Assembly: GCA_030265395.1 (NCBI GenBank)
Contig: JARFYF010000063.1
Coordinates: forward strand, 41,507,348 to 41,571,347
Source: Rhina ancylostomus
Taxonomy: Eukaryota
Length of the DNA stretch: 64,000 bases
Direction: 5' to 3'
Shown: piece after piece, positions 37,581 to 49,630 of the stretch
Layout: every line of letters begins with the position of its first letter
Position numbering within the stretch: the first letter of the stretch is position 1
Notes under the pieces: generated by a model
Told to the model about the DNA's origin: nothing
What the model saw: the letters and a program-made list of their open reading frames with translations, nothing else
Database searches by the model: none
Made by a program: the position numbers and the translations under genes

Positions 37581-39849
37581 TTTTATAAAGTTAAAACAGC
37601 TTCTACTCCTTGGAAGTTCATCCCCTTTGAGATAATGATCAATATTTAATTAGCCTTTAAAAAGATATCTGTACCTATCACAGTTGGTCACGCATGAAGG
37701 ATGGCGACTTTGCTGCAAAACTACTGGTCCCCTTAAAATTGTATTCTAGGAAGAAATGGTACCTTCAGTTAAGGAAATAAGTGGAAAAATTATGGACACT
37801 GAAAAGCTTTAAAATTTTCAAAGTGCTGCCTTAACACTGGTGCAAATTACCATTCCTATTCCGACATCTTGTTACTTGGAATGTTATTTTGTAGGTTACT
37901 TTTGATTATAGCCTCAATTTTCTCATTAAATGATAACTGGTCCAGTTACTCACATTCATGACTATTTCATTGTTGCACAACATATCACTCTCTAAGTAAA
38001 GCTGCAAAGGGTGCAAGGTGAAATAATTAAATTAATAAGTTAAGGATTCATGGTTCACATAACAAAAATAGATTGCTTAGAATTCAGCCTAACGTATTCT
38101 TTGTTTTTTCAATCACACAATAATAGAACATAATGGGTTGTCTATAGACTGAATACCCAGACACAAAAGTATAGAATGTCACAAAACCCAGGGAAATCTG
38201 CATGTGTAATTTCACAAGCGAAGAAGATCAAGTAACACGGAAATGCCAATGTTCTTCCTTCATGTGTGAAATAATCTGCAGATGTTGCTGCTTTCTGTGA
38301 CGTGCCCTGTTAGTCTTATGCCAACGTTTATATTTTTGTACTCTGTTAAAATAAAGGCCTAAATGGTTCTGCAAAATGTGTTTAACTAATTATAAAATGA
38401 TTGCTTCACTTATTAATGTAATTATTTCAACCATATTTGCAGAATGATTGATTAGCTTCTCTCTCCTTTTAGTTTTCAGTCCTTTAGTTTAACTGTGAGC
38501 TCTCTCATTGCCTTTAATTTTCACTTCTTACGATACCATCCAGGCCTGCTCCCAGGGTGAGTGGTAGATGTTAACTCTTTCAATCTGGTCTAAAACTGGC
38601 ACCAGTGGTTTGGTCACTGGTCTAATATGTAGTCAATTTTTGTTTGGGCGATTTTCAATTGATAGGAAAGTCAGGTACAGTGTTAAATAAAGTGTTGATC
38701 TGCTATTTCTGGATTATATTTGGCTTCTAATTTGTGAACTTGCACTTTCTCACTGGGTTACTGTGGAGGATTAATAATGCTGTTCCTTGTATACATTTTT
38801 TATTTACTACTTCTGTTACCAGCATTGTAATGTTTTTATTCAGCCATGACAAAGCTCAGCTAGAGGATTGTGCCTGAGCTATCAATGGTGGGCACGATTA
38901 AGAAATGTGGAAGCTACTCTTGCCAATATNNNNNNNNNNNNNNNNNNNNNNNNNNNNNNNNNNNNNNNNNNNNNNNNNNNNNNNNNNNNNNNNNNNNNNN
39001 NNNNNNNNNNNNNNNNNNNNNNNNNNNNNNNNNNNNNNNNNNNNNNNNNNNNNNNNNNNNNNNNNNNNNNNNNNNNNNNNNNNNNNNNNNNNNNNNNNNN
39101 NNNNNNNNNNNNNNNNNNNNNNNNNNNNNNNNNNNNNNNNNNNNNNNNNNNNNNNNNNNNNNNNNNNNNNNNNNNNNNNNNNNNNNNNNNNNNNNNNNNN
39201 NNNNAATAATTTCTTTGTTTATCCATCATCCTTGTGATATTTATTTACCAGTAGAATTGGCAAATAAAAGTTCACATCATGAGTGAACACATGCCTGTCA
39301 TGATCTTGTTCTGTAAAAATAACTTCTCAGTTGTAGGGAAAGCATATATTAAGTCTTTCTTGTGCTTCAATTTCCTCTTAACCTGAACTAAATATGCAAG
39401 TGAAGAATAATAGTAATTACCATTGAGTCCTTGGCAGTATACAGTGGTAGTCGGCATAATGGAGCTTTGATGTGGTGGTTGGCACAATGGAGCTAACAAA
39501 ACCCCATGTTACACAGTGAAAATGCATTCATCATGTTGTGATTAATCTGCAAACAATCAGTAAGACATAATGAATTCGAGAAGAAGAGGGTGGTACCAGG
39601 TTTCATCAAAAGAAATGCGTAACAGAAATCCTGCTCATGCTTTCATAAAACAGTTAATGAATCAGAATCAATGGTAGCATGGGGAAGAAGAAGAATAGGA
39701 TACATCTTCAACTCTGATACCGTGAGTGGTGGTAAAATATCAGCAATGGAGACCAGATAACTTGGTGAGAAACTTCTTGTGCTGATTCCTCGTCTATCAT
39801 GCCTCATTGTTAGGTTGTGAATCCAGTATGCAATTAAGAAGCTGAAAAT

Positions 39850-39990
39850 AATATAGAAACATGGAATTATTTGGTAGAGAAGGCCATTTGGCCCATCATG
39901 CCTAGGATAGCACTTTGAAGAGCTCTCTACTATACTCCATTGCTCCCTAGCCATAGCCCTGGAAATTTTTAACCTGGTTCCTATGGCAAG
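39850..39990 (-). mobile_element. CR1 3' tail
   Basis: ATAGAAACATGGAA..GAAGGCCATTTGGCCCATCATGCCT..CCATAGCCCTG. Confidence 0.6.
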
Positions 39991-40104
39991 CTTTGAAAAG
40001 CAAACTACATATTAACCCTTTTGAATTCTTTCTATATCTGTTTATGCCCCTTCAATCTCATGGACTTTAATATTATGAGGTCAGGGGCTAGAAATTATAC
40101 AGCA

Positions 40105-40255
40105 AATAATTCACCTCCTAACTCCCCAAAGTCTATCTACAAAGCCCAAGTCAGGAATATGATGGAATACTCTGCACTTGCCTGGATAAATAGAGCTTTA
40201 ACAACACTCAAGAAGCTCAACACCATACAGGACATAGCAGCCCACTCCACTTCAC
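40105..40255 (+). mobile_element. Zenon/Crack-like LINE RT fragment
   Basis: SPKSIYKAQVRNMMEYSALAWINRALTTLKKLNTIQDIAA in ORF 40021-40305. Confidence 0.8.
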
Positions 40256-40792
40256 CAGTCACAGCAATTATACCATCCAGTCCTTCATCAGGGATCTCTT
40301 TATAATGAGCAGCATAATGAGCTACTGTGGAAAGAGCACAGAATTCCAAGTCTGAGATTGAAATGTTCCCATTGCAGGTGCAACAGTTGAAAATCAATTC
40401 TCACAATTTGCAAAGAAAAATGGGATTGCAGGTACTCTGTAAAGATGAAAATCAAGTAACTGCAGATGTTGAATATCCAAAATAAAAACTTTGCTTTCTT
40501 TTGCCCTTACTTTGAAATTGCAAACATAGCATTCCTCATTATAATCCCTCTGTACTTATGACAGACTAAGTAGAGGAGGAATGCCAGACACGACGAGTGA
40601 TATATTTCTGATTGATTTATTGAATCATCAGCTACTCTTCAAAGTGAAAAATCAACTGAGGTAATCATATCTCAACATATCAGAGTGAGAATACCTTATG
40701 ACTTTGCACTTCACCCCAAATGCTGTGAACAAGTAATGCCCTATGCTTGAAATACATTTGCAAGACTTTAACGGTATGGCATCCAACCCAAC

Positions 40793-40932
40793 TAACATAG
40801 AAGCATAAAAAAGTAGACAATAGGAGCAGGAATAGGGTCATTTGCCCTTTCAAGCCTGCTTGGCTATTCAATATGGTCATGGTTGATCTCAATATCATAA
40901 TTCTGCTCTCTTCCCATATCCCTTGATACCTT
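40793..40932 (-). mobile_element. CR1 3' tail
   Basis: AACATAGAAGCATA..ATAGGAGCAGGAATAGGGTCATTTGCCCTTTCAAGCCTGCT..ATTCAATATGGTCATGGTTGATCT. Confidence 0.8.
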
Positions 40933-40939
40933 CCTCGAG

Positions 40940-42125
40940 AAAGAAATTTTTTTGAGGAACTGATAAGGAGTGTCAATAATGGTAGAGCATTTGATGTAGT
41001 ATGCATGGGCTGTGCATGGCGTTTGACAAAGTCCCACATGACAGATTATCAAGAAGGGTCTAAGAAAAATAGCAAGTTGGCTTAAAAATTTACTCAGTAC
41101 TATAAAGCAAAAGGTCATAATGGTCATTGGCAATTTTAGTGACTTGAGGGCAGTATGCAGTGGGGTTTCACATGACTCTCGGAGTAGACTCCTTTCTAAG
41201 GTGAACTTTAAAGGTTTGGACTGAAATGCAGTGGTCTTGATGAATAGGTTTGCTGACAGTATGAAATTGGCAGTCTGGTTTCTCATGAGGAAGAACATTC
41301 AAGACAAGAGGAAGGTGTTAATGGATTAATTAGACACAAAAATGGCAATGAAATCATTTTGGAGAAGTGCAACATATGCATTTGAGAAGGACAAGTCAGG
41401 CAATGGAACACATGCTAGATGGTGAGATAATAGGAACTTAGGGATCTCTGAGTGCTTGATTCACTGAGTACCAGGACTGGAGAATTATAGTTATGAGAAG
41501 ACATTGTCAACGTGAGGCGATTTTCTTTGGAACAAGGAAAGCTGATGGAAGATCTAACAATGATGCATAAAGTTATGGGAAGCCTAGACAGGGTAAACTG
41601 TAAGGACCTACTTACCTTCACAGAGTGGTTAGAAATGAGGAAACTTAGATTTAAGTTAATTAGTAAAGATTTAGTAAGAAGTTAAAAACAGATAATTTCA
41701 CTCAATGAGTTGTGGGTGTCTGCAACTGAGTGCTTCAGAGGTGTTTGTTATATCTTAACATATGAAAACATAGAGGCTGGGTTTAGAAAGTTTATTTTCT
41801 TGAAGCCTAATGACAGCAGGGCCCTTTCAGAGATCAACCAAATTGGTGTTTGCCATAGAACAAAACAGCAACACAAGATAAGCCCACAAAAACATTATGA
41901 CACTTGTTGACTTGAAGGACGACAACTATTTACTTTATGCATTCAGTTATGTATTTTACTACATACCTTATGTTCATGCTGAAAGCACCACAATTAAAAG
42001 CATTGGATGAGATCTTAAGCCATGAACTGCAGGGCTATGGATCAAGAACGTAGTTCAAGAGCATGGAAATGAGATTAGCTTAAGGTCCACTTTTGGTTGG
42101 CACAGACATGACGGTCTATGATTCT
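40940..42125 (+). mobile_element. CR1 LINE RT-to-tail relic with internal deletions and an insertion
   Basis: FFEEL..GRAFDVVCM..AFDKVPHDRL..IASWLKN..KQKVI..VCSGVSH..FADSMKL..RRFSLEQGKLMEDL..MHKVMGSLDRV, with the tail near 42100. Confidence 0.85.
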
Positions 42126-42309
42126 GTACATCTCCCTAGGCTTCAGCAACATCCATACTAAGCAGCGTTATTTTAGTTTCTTCAAAGCAGCTGAAGGGCC
42201 AGTAATTACTCAACACTCCTGCTCTGAGGTCTGTTCTTTGTGATTTAATCTTCTCTGGAAGAAGAGAAGCAGATGTAAGAAACCATATTGTTGGAAGTAA
42301 TTTAGCTGT

Positions 42310-42610
42310 ATGTTAGTTTAATGGTTAGGCTAATGGCCCTGTAATCCAAAGCCTGGACTAATTATCCAGAAAATATGAGTTCAAATAACACTAGTAAAAG
42401 TGACCATGAAGTTGCTGCATTGACTGTCAAAACCCAACAGTTTCCAACATTACCTCAGAGAAGGAAACCCACTTGTTACCCTAGAAAATAACATTGCAGC
42501 TGACTCTCAACTCCCTCTAGAGCTGCAAATCAAACTATTCTGTTGATCATTCACCACCTTCTCAGGGTTAAGTAAGAATGGTCAAGGAATGGTTAAGTAG
42601 GAATCAGCCA
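42310..42610 (+). mobile_element. tRNA-derived SINE with Zenon-like tail
   Basis: Head TAATGGTTAG..GTAATCCA..GAGTTCAAAT, body GTGACCATGAAG..AAAACCCAAC..AGAAGGAAA..TGACTCTCAACT, tail CACCACCTTCTCAGGG. Confidence 0.6.
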
Positions 42611-43284
42611 AATACTGAGAAAATTTTGTTTAAAAGGATGTGACTACATGGATGGGCCTCATGTAGGTATATTGTCAAGAATCAAAACTGAGGGACAAAT
42701 TGAGTTGAACGATTGTTCATGATACATTACAACGAAGGTGCTCTGTGGCAAAATGGTCATGAATGGTAAACATGGTAATAAATGAAAGTTGTAGTGTTGT
42801 ANNNNNNNNNNNNNNNNNNNNNNNNNNNNNNNNNNNNNNNNNNNNNNNNNNNNNNNNNNNNNNNNNNNNNNNNNNNNNNNNNNNNNNNNNNNNNNNNNNN
42901 NTAATAAATGAAAGTTGTAGTGTTGTAGTTCTACTGAAAGGTGATTAAGCTAAAACCATGGGATAGACCAATCTGATACCAGATTGCACCTTGCAGTTAC
43001 TACCTGTCTTACCCTTCTAGCTGCCCTAAATTTCATGCAGTTGTTTCATGTATCCAACAGCCAGTGGCATCAGCACTGTGGTCCTTTCATGATGTGGAGC
43101 AGCCAGTGAACAGGAGGAACAAAGGCCCGATCCATGGTTAAAAAAAATTAAAAGATAATAAATATATTTAAAAATGCAAGAAACTACTGCTAACTAATCA
43201 CAAGCATAAATAGGTTGTGATTTTTTTTAAATCCCAAAGCTTGAACCAACCTGAAAAATCCTAATTTGACCTTGGACGATATTT

Positions 43285-43475
43285 CCTGCAATTTGCACTA
43301 ATGTCATTATGTTTAGTTTTATTTTATTTGGTCATTTAAATTATGAATAAATTATGATAATTTAAGTTTTATCTAATGTATATTTGTCATGTTTGTAATG
43401 TACTGTGCTGTTGCTGCGAAAAAGCTAATTCCTGGGTATAAATGCCCATGACAATAAACTTAATCTTGAACTTAC
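43285..43475 (+). mobile_element. Rex1-type LINE 3' UTR/tail
   Basis: TTTGCACTA..TACTGTGCTGTTGCTGCGAAAAAGCTAATT..ATGACAATAAACTTAATCTTGAACTT. Confidence 0.6.
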
Positions 43476-43914
43476 CTAAGTGTATCTTTTTGCAATAGTC
43501 ACTAACCATCAAATGAATGGGGCTGCACTAGATGCACCAGCTATGACTGGTGTAGAACTGAGAGGCCAGATGTGAAGTGTGTCCAGCTGATCAGCCCAGC
43601 AAGTTATGGAATGTGTATGCATTTGACCTTTAATGTTCCCAACTTACGCACTATAACGTGCAGGCTTTGAAGTCTGGAATGTATTGCTGAGCTCACTGGA
43701 GCTAGCTGTCAGTTCCATAGAGAGCTCTTAATAAGCCACAGCGTGAGCACTGAAGGAATTGAACTGCCACATGCCTTTCTGCTTGAAGAAAGATCTGAGA
43801 TACTAAAAACTAAATCAAAATAGAAGATAAAAGGACTTTAAACTGAACATCTGACTGAAAAAGTCATGGTATCTTTAAAATTGATTTTTTGCCCTAAATA
43901 TTTATCAATGTATC

Positions 43915-44780
43915 CACTAATTTATGTGTCTGGAGCTCCAATTGATGGAATTTCCTCTCTGGGAGATGGCCATGACCACATCATCTCTGAGATCCCTTGG
44001 GATATGCTCCTCCTCGTCGCAGACGTAGGAGGTGAGATTGTAGATTTCTGACTAAATTTCCATATTGCCATGTTTTAGATCCTTGGCATGGAATCAGTCT
44101 TCTTTCAAGGCCTTGTTAAGTTTGCATATGCCCCTTTCAGCATTTTGCCAATCATGAATGGTGGCAAGGCTGAACCAGATTATGTGCTGTTGGATGAATC
44201 AACACCATTCATATTAAGTATTCTTCAAAGTGTTCCTCCCAGTAAATACTGACTGCCTCTCTATCCTTGATAAGTTCACTTCTTTTCTTGGCTCTCAGTG
44301 GGATGGGACCTTGAGTATTTGTGCCATTATTGGCTTTGGTATTGCAGAAGAATGTAGGCATCCTGTGGCTGTCAAAAAGTTGCTGAAACTCCTGTGCTTT
44401 TTCCAACCACCATCTGTTCTTTAGAATGCAGCATTTCTGCTGGACCCTGACAGATGCCTGTGGATCTGATCCTTTGCCCTTGAAGTTTGGTAAAGCTTCC
44501 AGTCCAGGAAAACCTTGTGCTTGCAATTAATTAGCTCCTGGATCTCCTGGCCATTTTCATCAAGCCACTCCTGGTTCTTTCTGGTAGAGACACCAACTCT
44601 TTTCACAAGCATTGATTGCAGTAGACTTCAAATTAGTCCAGGCACTGTACACCCTCTGCAGCTCCTGTTGGCTGGGAATCATCAGGTTATCTGTGAGACA
44701 CTATCTAAGAAGAGCTATCTTTGTGGGGTCCTTAAGAGCTTCAACCTAGATTTCCTGGTGTTGCTGTTTTCCTGCTTGAA
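43915..44780 (-). mobile_element. RTE LINE ORF, EN-RT linker to RT domain 1 (inverted 5' piece)
   Basis: STRKNQEWLDENGQEIQELI..LKNRWWLEKAQEFQQL.D..QGPIPLRAK..LIKDREAV..YWEEHFE..EEEHIPRDLRDDVVMAI. Confidence 0.85.
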
Positions 44781-45825
44781 CTTCCAGCTAGAGTTAAACT
44801 AATCTAAAAGACAAATGGAAATTGTTAAATGGAATATTGTTCAGCCTATGGGGCATCTCCATTCCAGAACCAAGGTACCCCAGATTCGAGCTGCAGTATG
44901 CAAAGCGTGTATTTGCATGCACTTAGAGACCAATTTTCAGGTCATAATCAACCCATTCACTGAAGCATATGAGAGGATGGGCTTTATATATAACATCTAA
45001 AGAACAAAGGTCCTTTACCATCCTTTCCCTACTGTAATAATAAAGGTCCACAATAAAACCCTGGTAGACAAGAACCAATTCCCTTATTTTGGGAGTTAGC
45101 TCTCAGTGAAGGCTGGTATCAAGAATGAAATTCACCATCGACTTCAGTGTGCCAGCACTGCTTTTGACCATCTGAGGAAAAAGGTGTCTGAAGATCAAAA
45201 GCTCAAATCTGAAAAGTATGGTCTTGACACTTCTGTATACATCTGAGACCTGTAGCAGGTGTCTTAAGGCATTGGAGAGATACTACCAATTTTGCCTTTA
45301 CAAAATTCATGAAATCCACTAGCAGGATAAATGAATTAACATCATTGTCTTCTCTCACACCATTCCCAGCACTGACGCCTTAATTACACTCAGCTACATC
45401 AGGCAGGCTACACCATTCATACGCCTAACACCAGATTCCTGAAACAGACATTCTATTTCAGCTCTGTCACCAGAAGATTTTAATAGGCAGACAGAGGAAA
45501 AGATTCAAGAATGTTTGCAAAGCTTCCTTGAAAATAATAACATCCCTGGTGATTTTTAAGAATCTCTGGCCCATGGCCATCCAAAGTCAGGAAAACTCAT
45601 TTTGGATGACACTGAGAACTTTGAATCCAAGCAATGGGAGCACAAAGCCCCACATAAACAGAGGAAAGAGTGCACCAGCTCCCAAACTACCTGTCTGATC
45701 TCTGAAGTACCTTTCGTCCCACCTGTGGCAAAATCTGCAGGTCCCATATTGGCCTCCTTAATCCATAGAACTGGAGTGGAAGTAAGTCACTCTCAATCCC
45801 CAGGGAGTGACTGTGAAGAATACTT
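44781..45825 (+). mobile_element. RTE LINE RT C-terminal half and 3' end
   Basis: LPARVKLI*KTNG..LHSRTKV..ELQYA..FQVIINPFTEAYERMG..RTKVL..QFPYFGS..KNEIHHRLQCASTAF.HLRKKV..GRQRKRFKNV.KASLK. Confidence 0.85.
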
Positions 45826-47159
45826 CCCAGATTTAGGCACTTTACATTTTGTGATGATTTTTTTCAGGTGCAAATTTTCCTTGGATTTAGATATCAATAC
45901 CTCTTAACTGCAGAACTGTGAAAAGGCCTGAAATGCAAAAAATATCACTCAGGTTACTGCATCACTGTGACAGGTGTAGACTGTGCTGTTCTTCGATATC
46001 TGTTTGCTTCCTTGTGCATTGCCATTAGAAAGGGTCGAGTTGGCTAGTGGGAATGATAAGATTGCACTCATTCCTCATTGCAGGATGAAGTGGAAGTCTA
46101 AGGGAGTGGATCTGATTAAATAAGTCTTGGGGGGGGCAGGTGGAGAGGGAGAAGTGTGGAAACATTAAACTTTAATATTTGAGCCTATATCACCTCCAAC
46201 CAAATAAGTAGCTGTGAAGCTTGTATATTCACTTCCACCTCCCCTCACCACCTCAGTCCAAGCTCTGAGTGGAAGGTGCACCCTTAAGATCAATCTGATG
46301 ACTACTTTTCCAACGATTGTTATGTAGACATTACCATTGTGCATACCATTGTAGTAAGTGGATGAGCAATGTTCAATAACTTCCTCCTATTGCTCATTAA
46401 CAGCTGCCCTTTGACAATGTTTAACTGAATTTAATATACAGGCTTGGGTAGAGTGTCTCTGTACCTGTTGGCCAAACCCTGATCAGATTATTACAGTAAC
46501 AAGAGGCAAATTTCTAGAAGTTATATAACACTTTTTTCATTGACTAATGGAATTGAACTTTTCAAATAGAGTTTAATACATAGCTGCCATGAAATTGCAT
46601 GTTTGTTACAACCAATGGAGGATGAACTCTCTCCCTGTAATTTGTCGAGAATTGAAGGATTCAAAAAGATTTCCAATAATGGATTTAAGAAATGAAAGCA
46701 AGCAGTTTCTTATTGTTTCCAAATGAAGAAATTATCTTTGGGGTTGCTGTGAGCAGCTGCACTTCTACCATTCTCTGGCCTTCAGTCTGTGCAGTGAATC
46801 AATGCGCAGTGAGAAAGTGCTTCAAAACAAAAGTGTTTGGCTTAAAAGTGGCTATTTACTTGATTTTGGAGCCAAAGCTGGTATCTGCTTGGCTACAGTC
46901 ACAGCTCAGTTTTCCTATTGCAATAAAAGAGCAATGAATAATTTAAGTTACAGAAAATAATTGGCTTCACAAAAAAGGTCCCATAATTATCTGGCACCAG
47001 TTTTTTTTGGCCAGAGGCTCAAAAAGCCAGAATTTAAGAGAGTGGAACTTTTAACAAAAAGCATCAAAATGAATAAGGTTTTTTTCCTTTTGACTAAGGA
47101 GCCATCCTATATATGCTTAACGGTATGTTATGTTTGGCTTAATGAAGCTGAAAACTATG

Positions 47160-47360
47160 GAGCATGTTGCTTGAAATAAACCTGCAGTCCTGCTCTTGAA
47201 GCCATTATATTTATGTAGCTGATAGAGTTAAGATTCTGGTCATTGGTGATTCCACATGATGGTGAAAGATGTTAATGCCATTGAATGTTGAGGACAGATG
47301 ATTGGACTTTCCCCTTTGGAAATGGTAATTGTATGGCAATTGTGTGATGAGAATTAGAGA
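47160..47360 (-). mobile_element. Zenon/Crack-like LINE RT fragment
   Basis: GTTAATGCCATTGAATGTTGAGGACAGATG..TTGGAAATGGTAATTGTATGGCAATTGTGTG is the reverse of HNCHTITISK..HLSSTFNGI. Confidence 0.65.
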
Positions 47361-47444
47361 ATGTTGTGTAATTAACACCTTCAGAGCATCTTCAGTAAAT
47401 TGATCTGGTAATTATTTGGCAGTCATTATAGAAATGTTAGCTGT

Positions 47445-48010
47445 CTTTCAAATGGGGGTCATCAGCCATGTCTGAAGCAGTTATTGTTTTCTCACAGACT
47501 TCATCAGATGTACTTGAAGATCCAAAGACGTCAGAGATCATGGACTGCTACAGAGTAAAAGTATTGTAGTAGCCTCCTGAAAATCATCTATATATTGGAA
47601 GGAGTATAAGGACTTACCATTGATGAACCCTCCTGGCTAGTACAGGATACACAAATTGGCATATAATGTGTACAGTGAACACCAGTGTGGCAAGCCAAAG
47701 CCACAAAATGGAGCACTAGTATGGCCACATCTCAGGCAATAATGCATCACTGTTGGCCCTTACAAGCAACCTTTAAGCCATGCCCTTTATGGATTGTTGG
47801 GCTACCCACTGAAAGGTGATGAATAGGTGTGGAAAACAGCCCTGGCATGTTCTGGAGGAAAAGCTATTGAGGATGTTGGATAGCAATTAGGCAGCTGCTA
47901 ATTTTCATGGCCATCTGCTTCATAAGGAAATAGGTCCTCTAGGAGACCACAATTGTTCGCCACCATCCTGAACCTCCGGAAGCACTGCTGTTCAGATGAC
48001 AAGGAACCCA
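47445..48010 (-). mobile_element. PIF/Harbinger (HARBI1-like DDE) transposase relic
   Basis: Ordered minus-strand motifs SEQQCFRRFRM (47999-47964), G.P..GVHCTH (about 47696-47666; cf. GAIDCTH), FINGKSLYS (cf. FVNRKGFHS), VHD, and LQTWLMTPI (47477-47451; cf. YPL..WLMTP). Frameshifted. Confidence 0.75.
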
Positions 48011-48117
48011 ACCTCTGCTCAGCTGCTGTGTCACAGGTGTGCATCCTGTAAGGTGCATCCCTTTGCTCTTCCCCTGTTTTTCAGTTACAGTCTCAAAACA
48101 GCAAACTTTCAGACCTC

Positions 48118-48500
48118 ATGTTCCCACTGCTGGTGTTTCTGGTTCTGCTGCAGGTGGCACCACTGGTGTTAGTGTTGCTTCTGGCAGTACTAGTGCTTCT
48201 CCTGGTTCTGATAGTACTGCTGGTGCTGCTATTGATGCTGGGATTGTTTCTGATGCTGGTACCACCACTGATAGTACTGCCAGCGCTGGTGGTATTTGAA
48301 CCATTTTGATGCTGCTGGCACTGTGCTGCTGGTGCTGATGAAGCTGCTGCTTCTGGTGCAATGCACTTGGTGATGCTGGTCTTCCTGCTATTGCAGCTGG
48401 TGCTGCTGCAGTGACTTCTGACGTTGCTATTGATGCTGCTGGTATTGCCTCTGCAACTTCTGCTTTTGGTGGTGGGGCTGTTGGTGTCGGTCATATTGTT
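48118..48500. repeat. Degenerate GCT/GGT/GAT trinucleotide low-complexity tract
   Basis: Strong NNT triplet periodicity with several phase shifts; ORFs in multiple frames are low complexity. Confidence 0.85.
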
Positions 48501-48629
48501 TTTGCTCTATATCTGGTGTTCAAGGCATCTTTCATTCTGATATAGTTCAGAAAATAACTCCAAAGTGCAGTGAAGTAAAAGTGCGTGACCAAACCCTTCC
48601 CAAGAGTATAACTGTGTGTTCTGCATAAT

Positions 48630-49320
48630 TTCTGTCAGAAAGTTACAGAAAGGGTAGATAAGTCTATTAAAGTGAATGTAATATGTATAGCTGGATTTTC
48701 TTCACCTCACAATGAAGGCTAATATGTGTGGAGAAGTAGCAGAATGGAGACTGTACTGGTAATATGATGGAATCTGGGGGCTAAAGGTATTTGCTTTGAG
48801 TGCCAAATCATGAAAAATTCTATTTTGATCACTGCAGGGGCTACAGTTGTTCATTATTTACAAAAATATTTTGACAATAGAATTTCAAGATTCACAGATG
48901 ACCCCAAATTTCAGGGGTGGATTAGAGCGGTGTACATGCAGATCTATCAATATGCAGTATCTTGTGATACAGATCACAAAATACAGGACAACATTAATAA
49001 ATCTGCAGAAAGGATGTATAATGGTAGATAGGATTCAATTTAGTTTAGTTTGAGTTAGTATATTTTGATAGGCCATACAATACAAAGGCCATACATGTAT
49101 TAATCAGTAGATATGGTTGAATGGGGCAGACAACCAGAGAAGCTGGGGTTTACAGATCTACAAATCACTTAAAAGTAGTAAAACATGTCAATAAAGCCTT
49201 TTTTTCTTGCTAGAGGGATAGAATTGAAAAGTAGAGACCATACAAAACTGATATTAAACATTAGTTGGACCACACCTGGATTAACAAGGAATCAAATTCT
49301 TGCCTCTATATTGTAAAAAA
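48630..49320 (+). mobile_element. CR1 RT relic
   Basis: VTERVDK..VNVICI, ISRFTDDPKF (cf. ISKFADDTK), KIQDNINKSAE, LVGPHLD. Confidence 0.7.
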
Positions 49321-49379
49321 TCTATTTGGAGAGCTGATTTTCCAACAGAATGAAGGTGAAATCAGAGAATACATCAGGA

Positions 49380-49630
49380 ACTTCTTTCTGTAATTGCCTT
49401 TAATTTTGCAAAATGTCCCAAGGCACTTCACATAGTGTTATCATACAAAATGTGACTGAACAACCAAAGGAGAAATTGGGGCAAATGACCAAAGTGTCAG
49501 ATTTTAGGAAAATGTTAAAGGAGATGGAGAAGAAAGAGCTTGTGGAGCTGGAGGAGGTTACAGAGATGGGGAGGGGTATGGCCATGGAAGGATTTGAAAA
49601 CAAGGATGAAAATTTAAAATCAAAATAAAT
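49380..49630 (-). mobile_element. L2 LINE 3' fragment
   Basis: AAATGTCCCAAGGCACTTCACA..GCTGGAGGAGGTTACAGAGATGGGGAGGGG..GGCCATGGAAGGATTTGAAAACAAGGATGAAAATTTAAAAT, a typical reverse L2 3' end. Confidence 0.75.

Noticed and set aside
39654-39727. Plus-strand AG..GTGAGT exon candidate
   Set aside because: Weak pyrimidine tract, poor donor context, no homology.
35270-40990. CR1 piece ending CLTNL and a later piece starting FFEE, adjacent on the consensus
   Set aside because: They are 5.5 kb apart with unique-looking DNA between them; CR1 fragments are so common that coincidence is likely.
40864-41298. 144-aa minus-strand ORF
   Set aside because: Antisense to a CR1 RT relic; no independent coding evidence.
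47610-47622. Strong minus-strand splice donor ATG|GTAAGT
   Set aside because: It lies within the Harbinger FINGK codons; no matching acceptor or exon.
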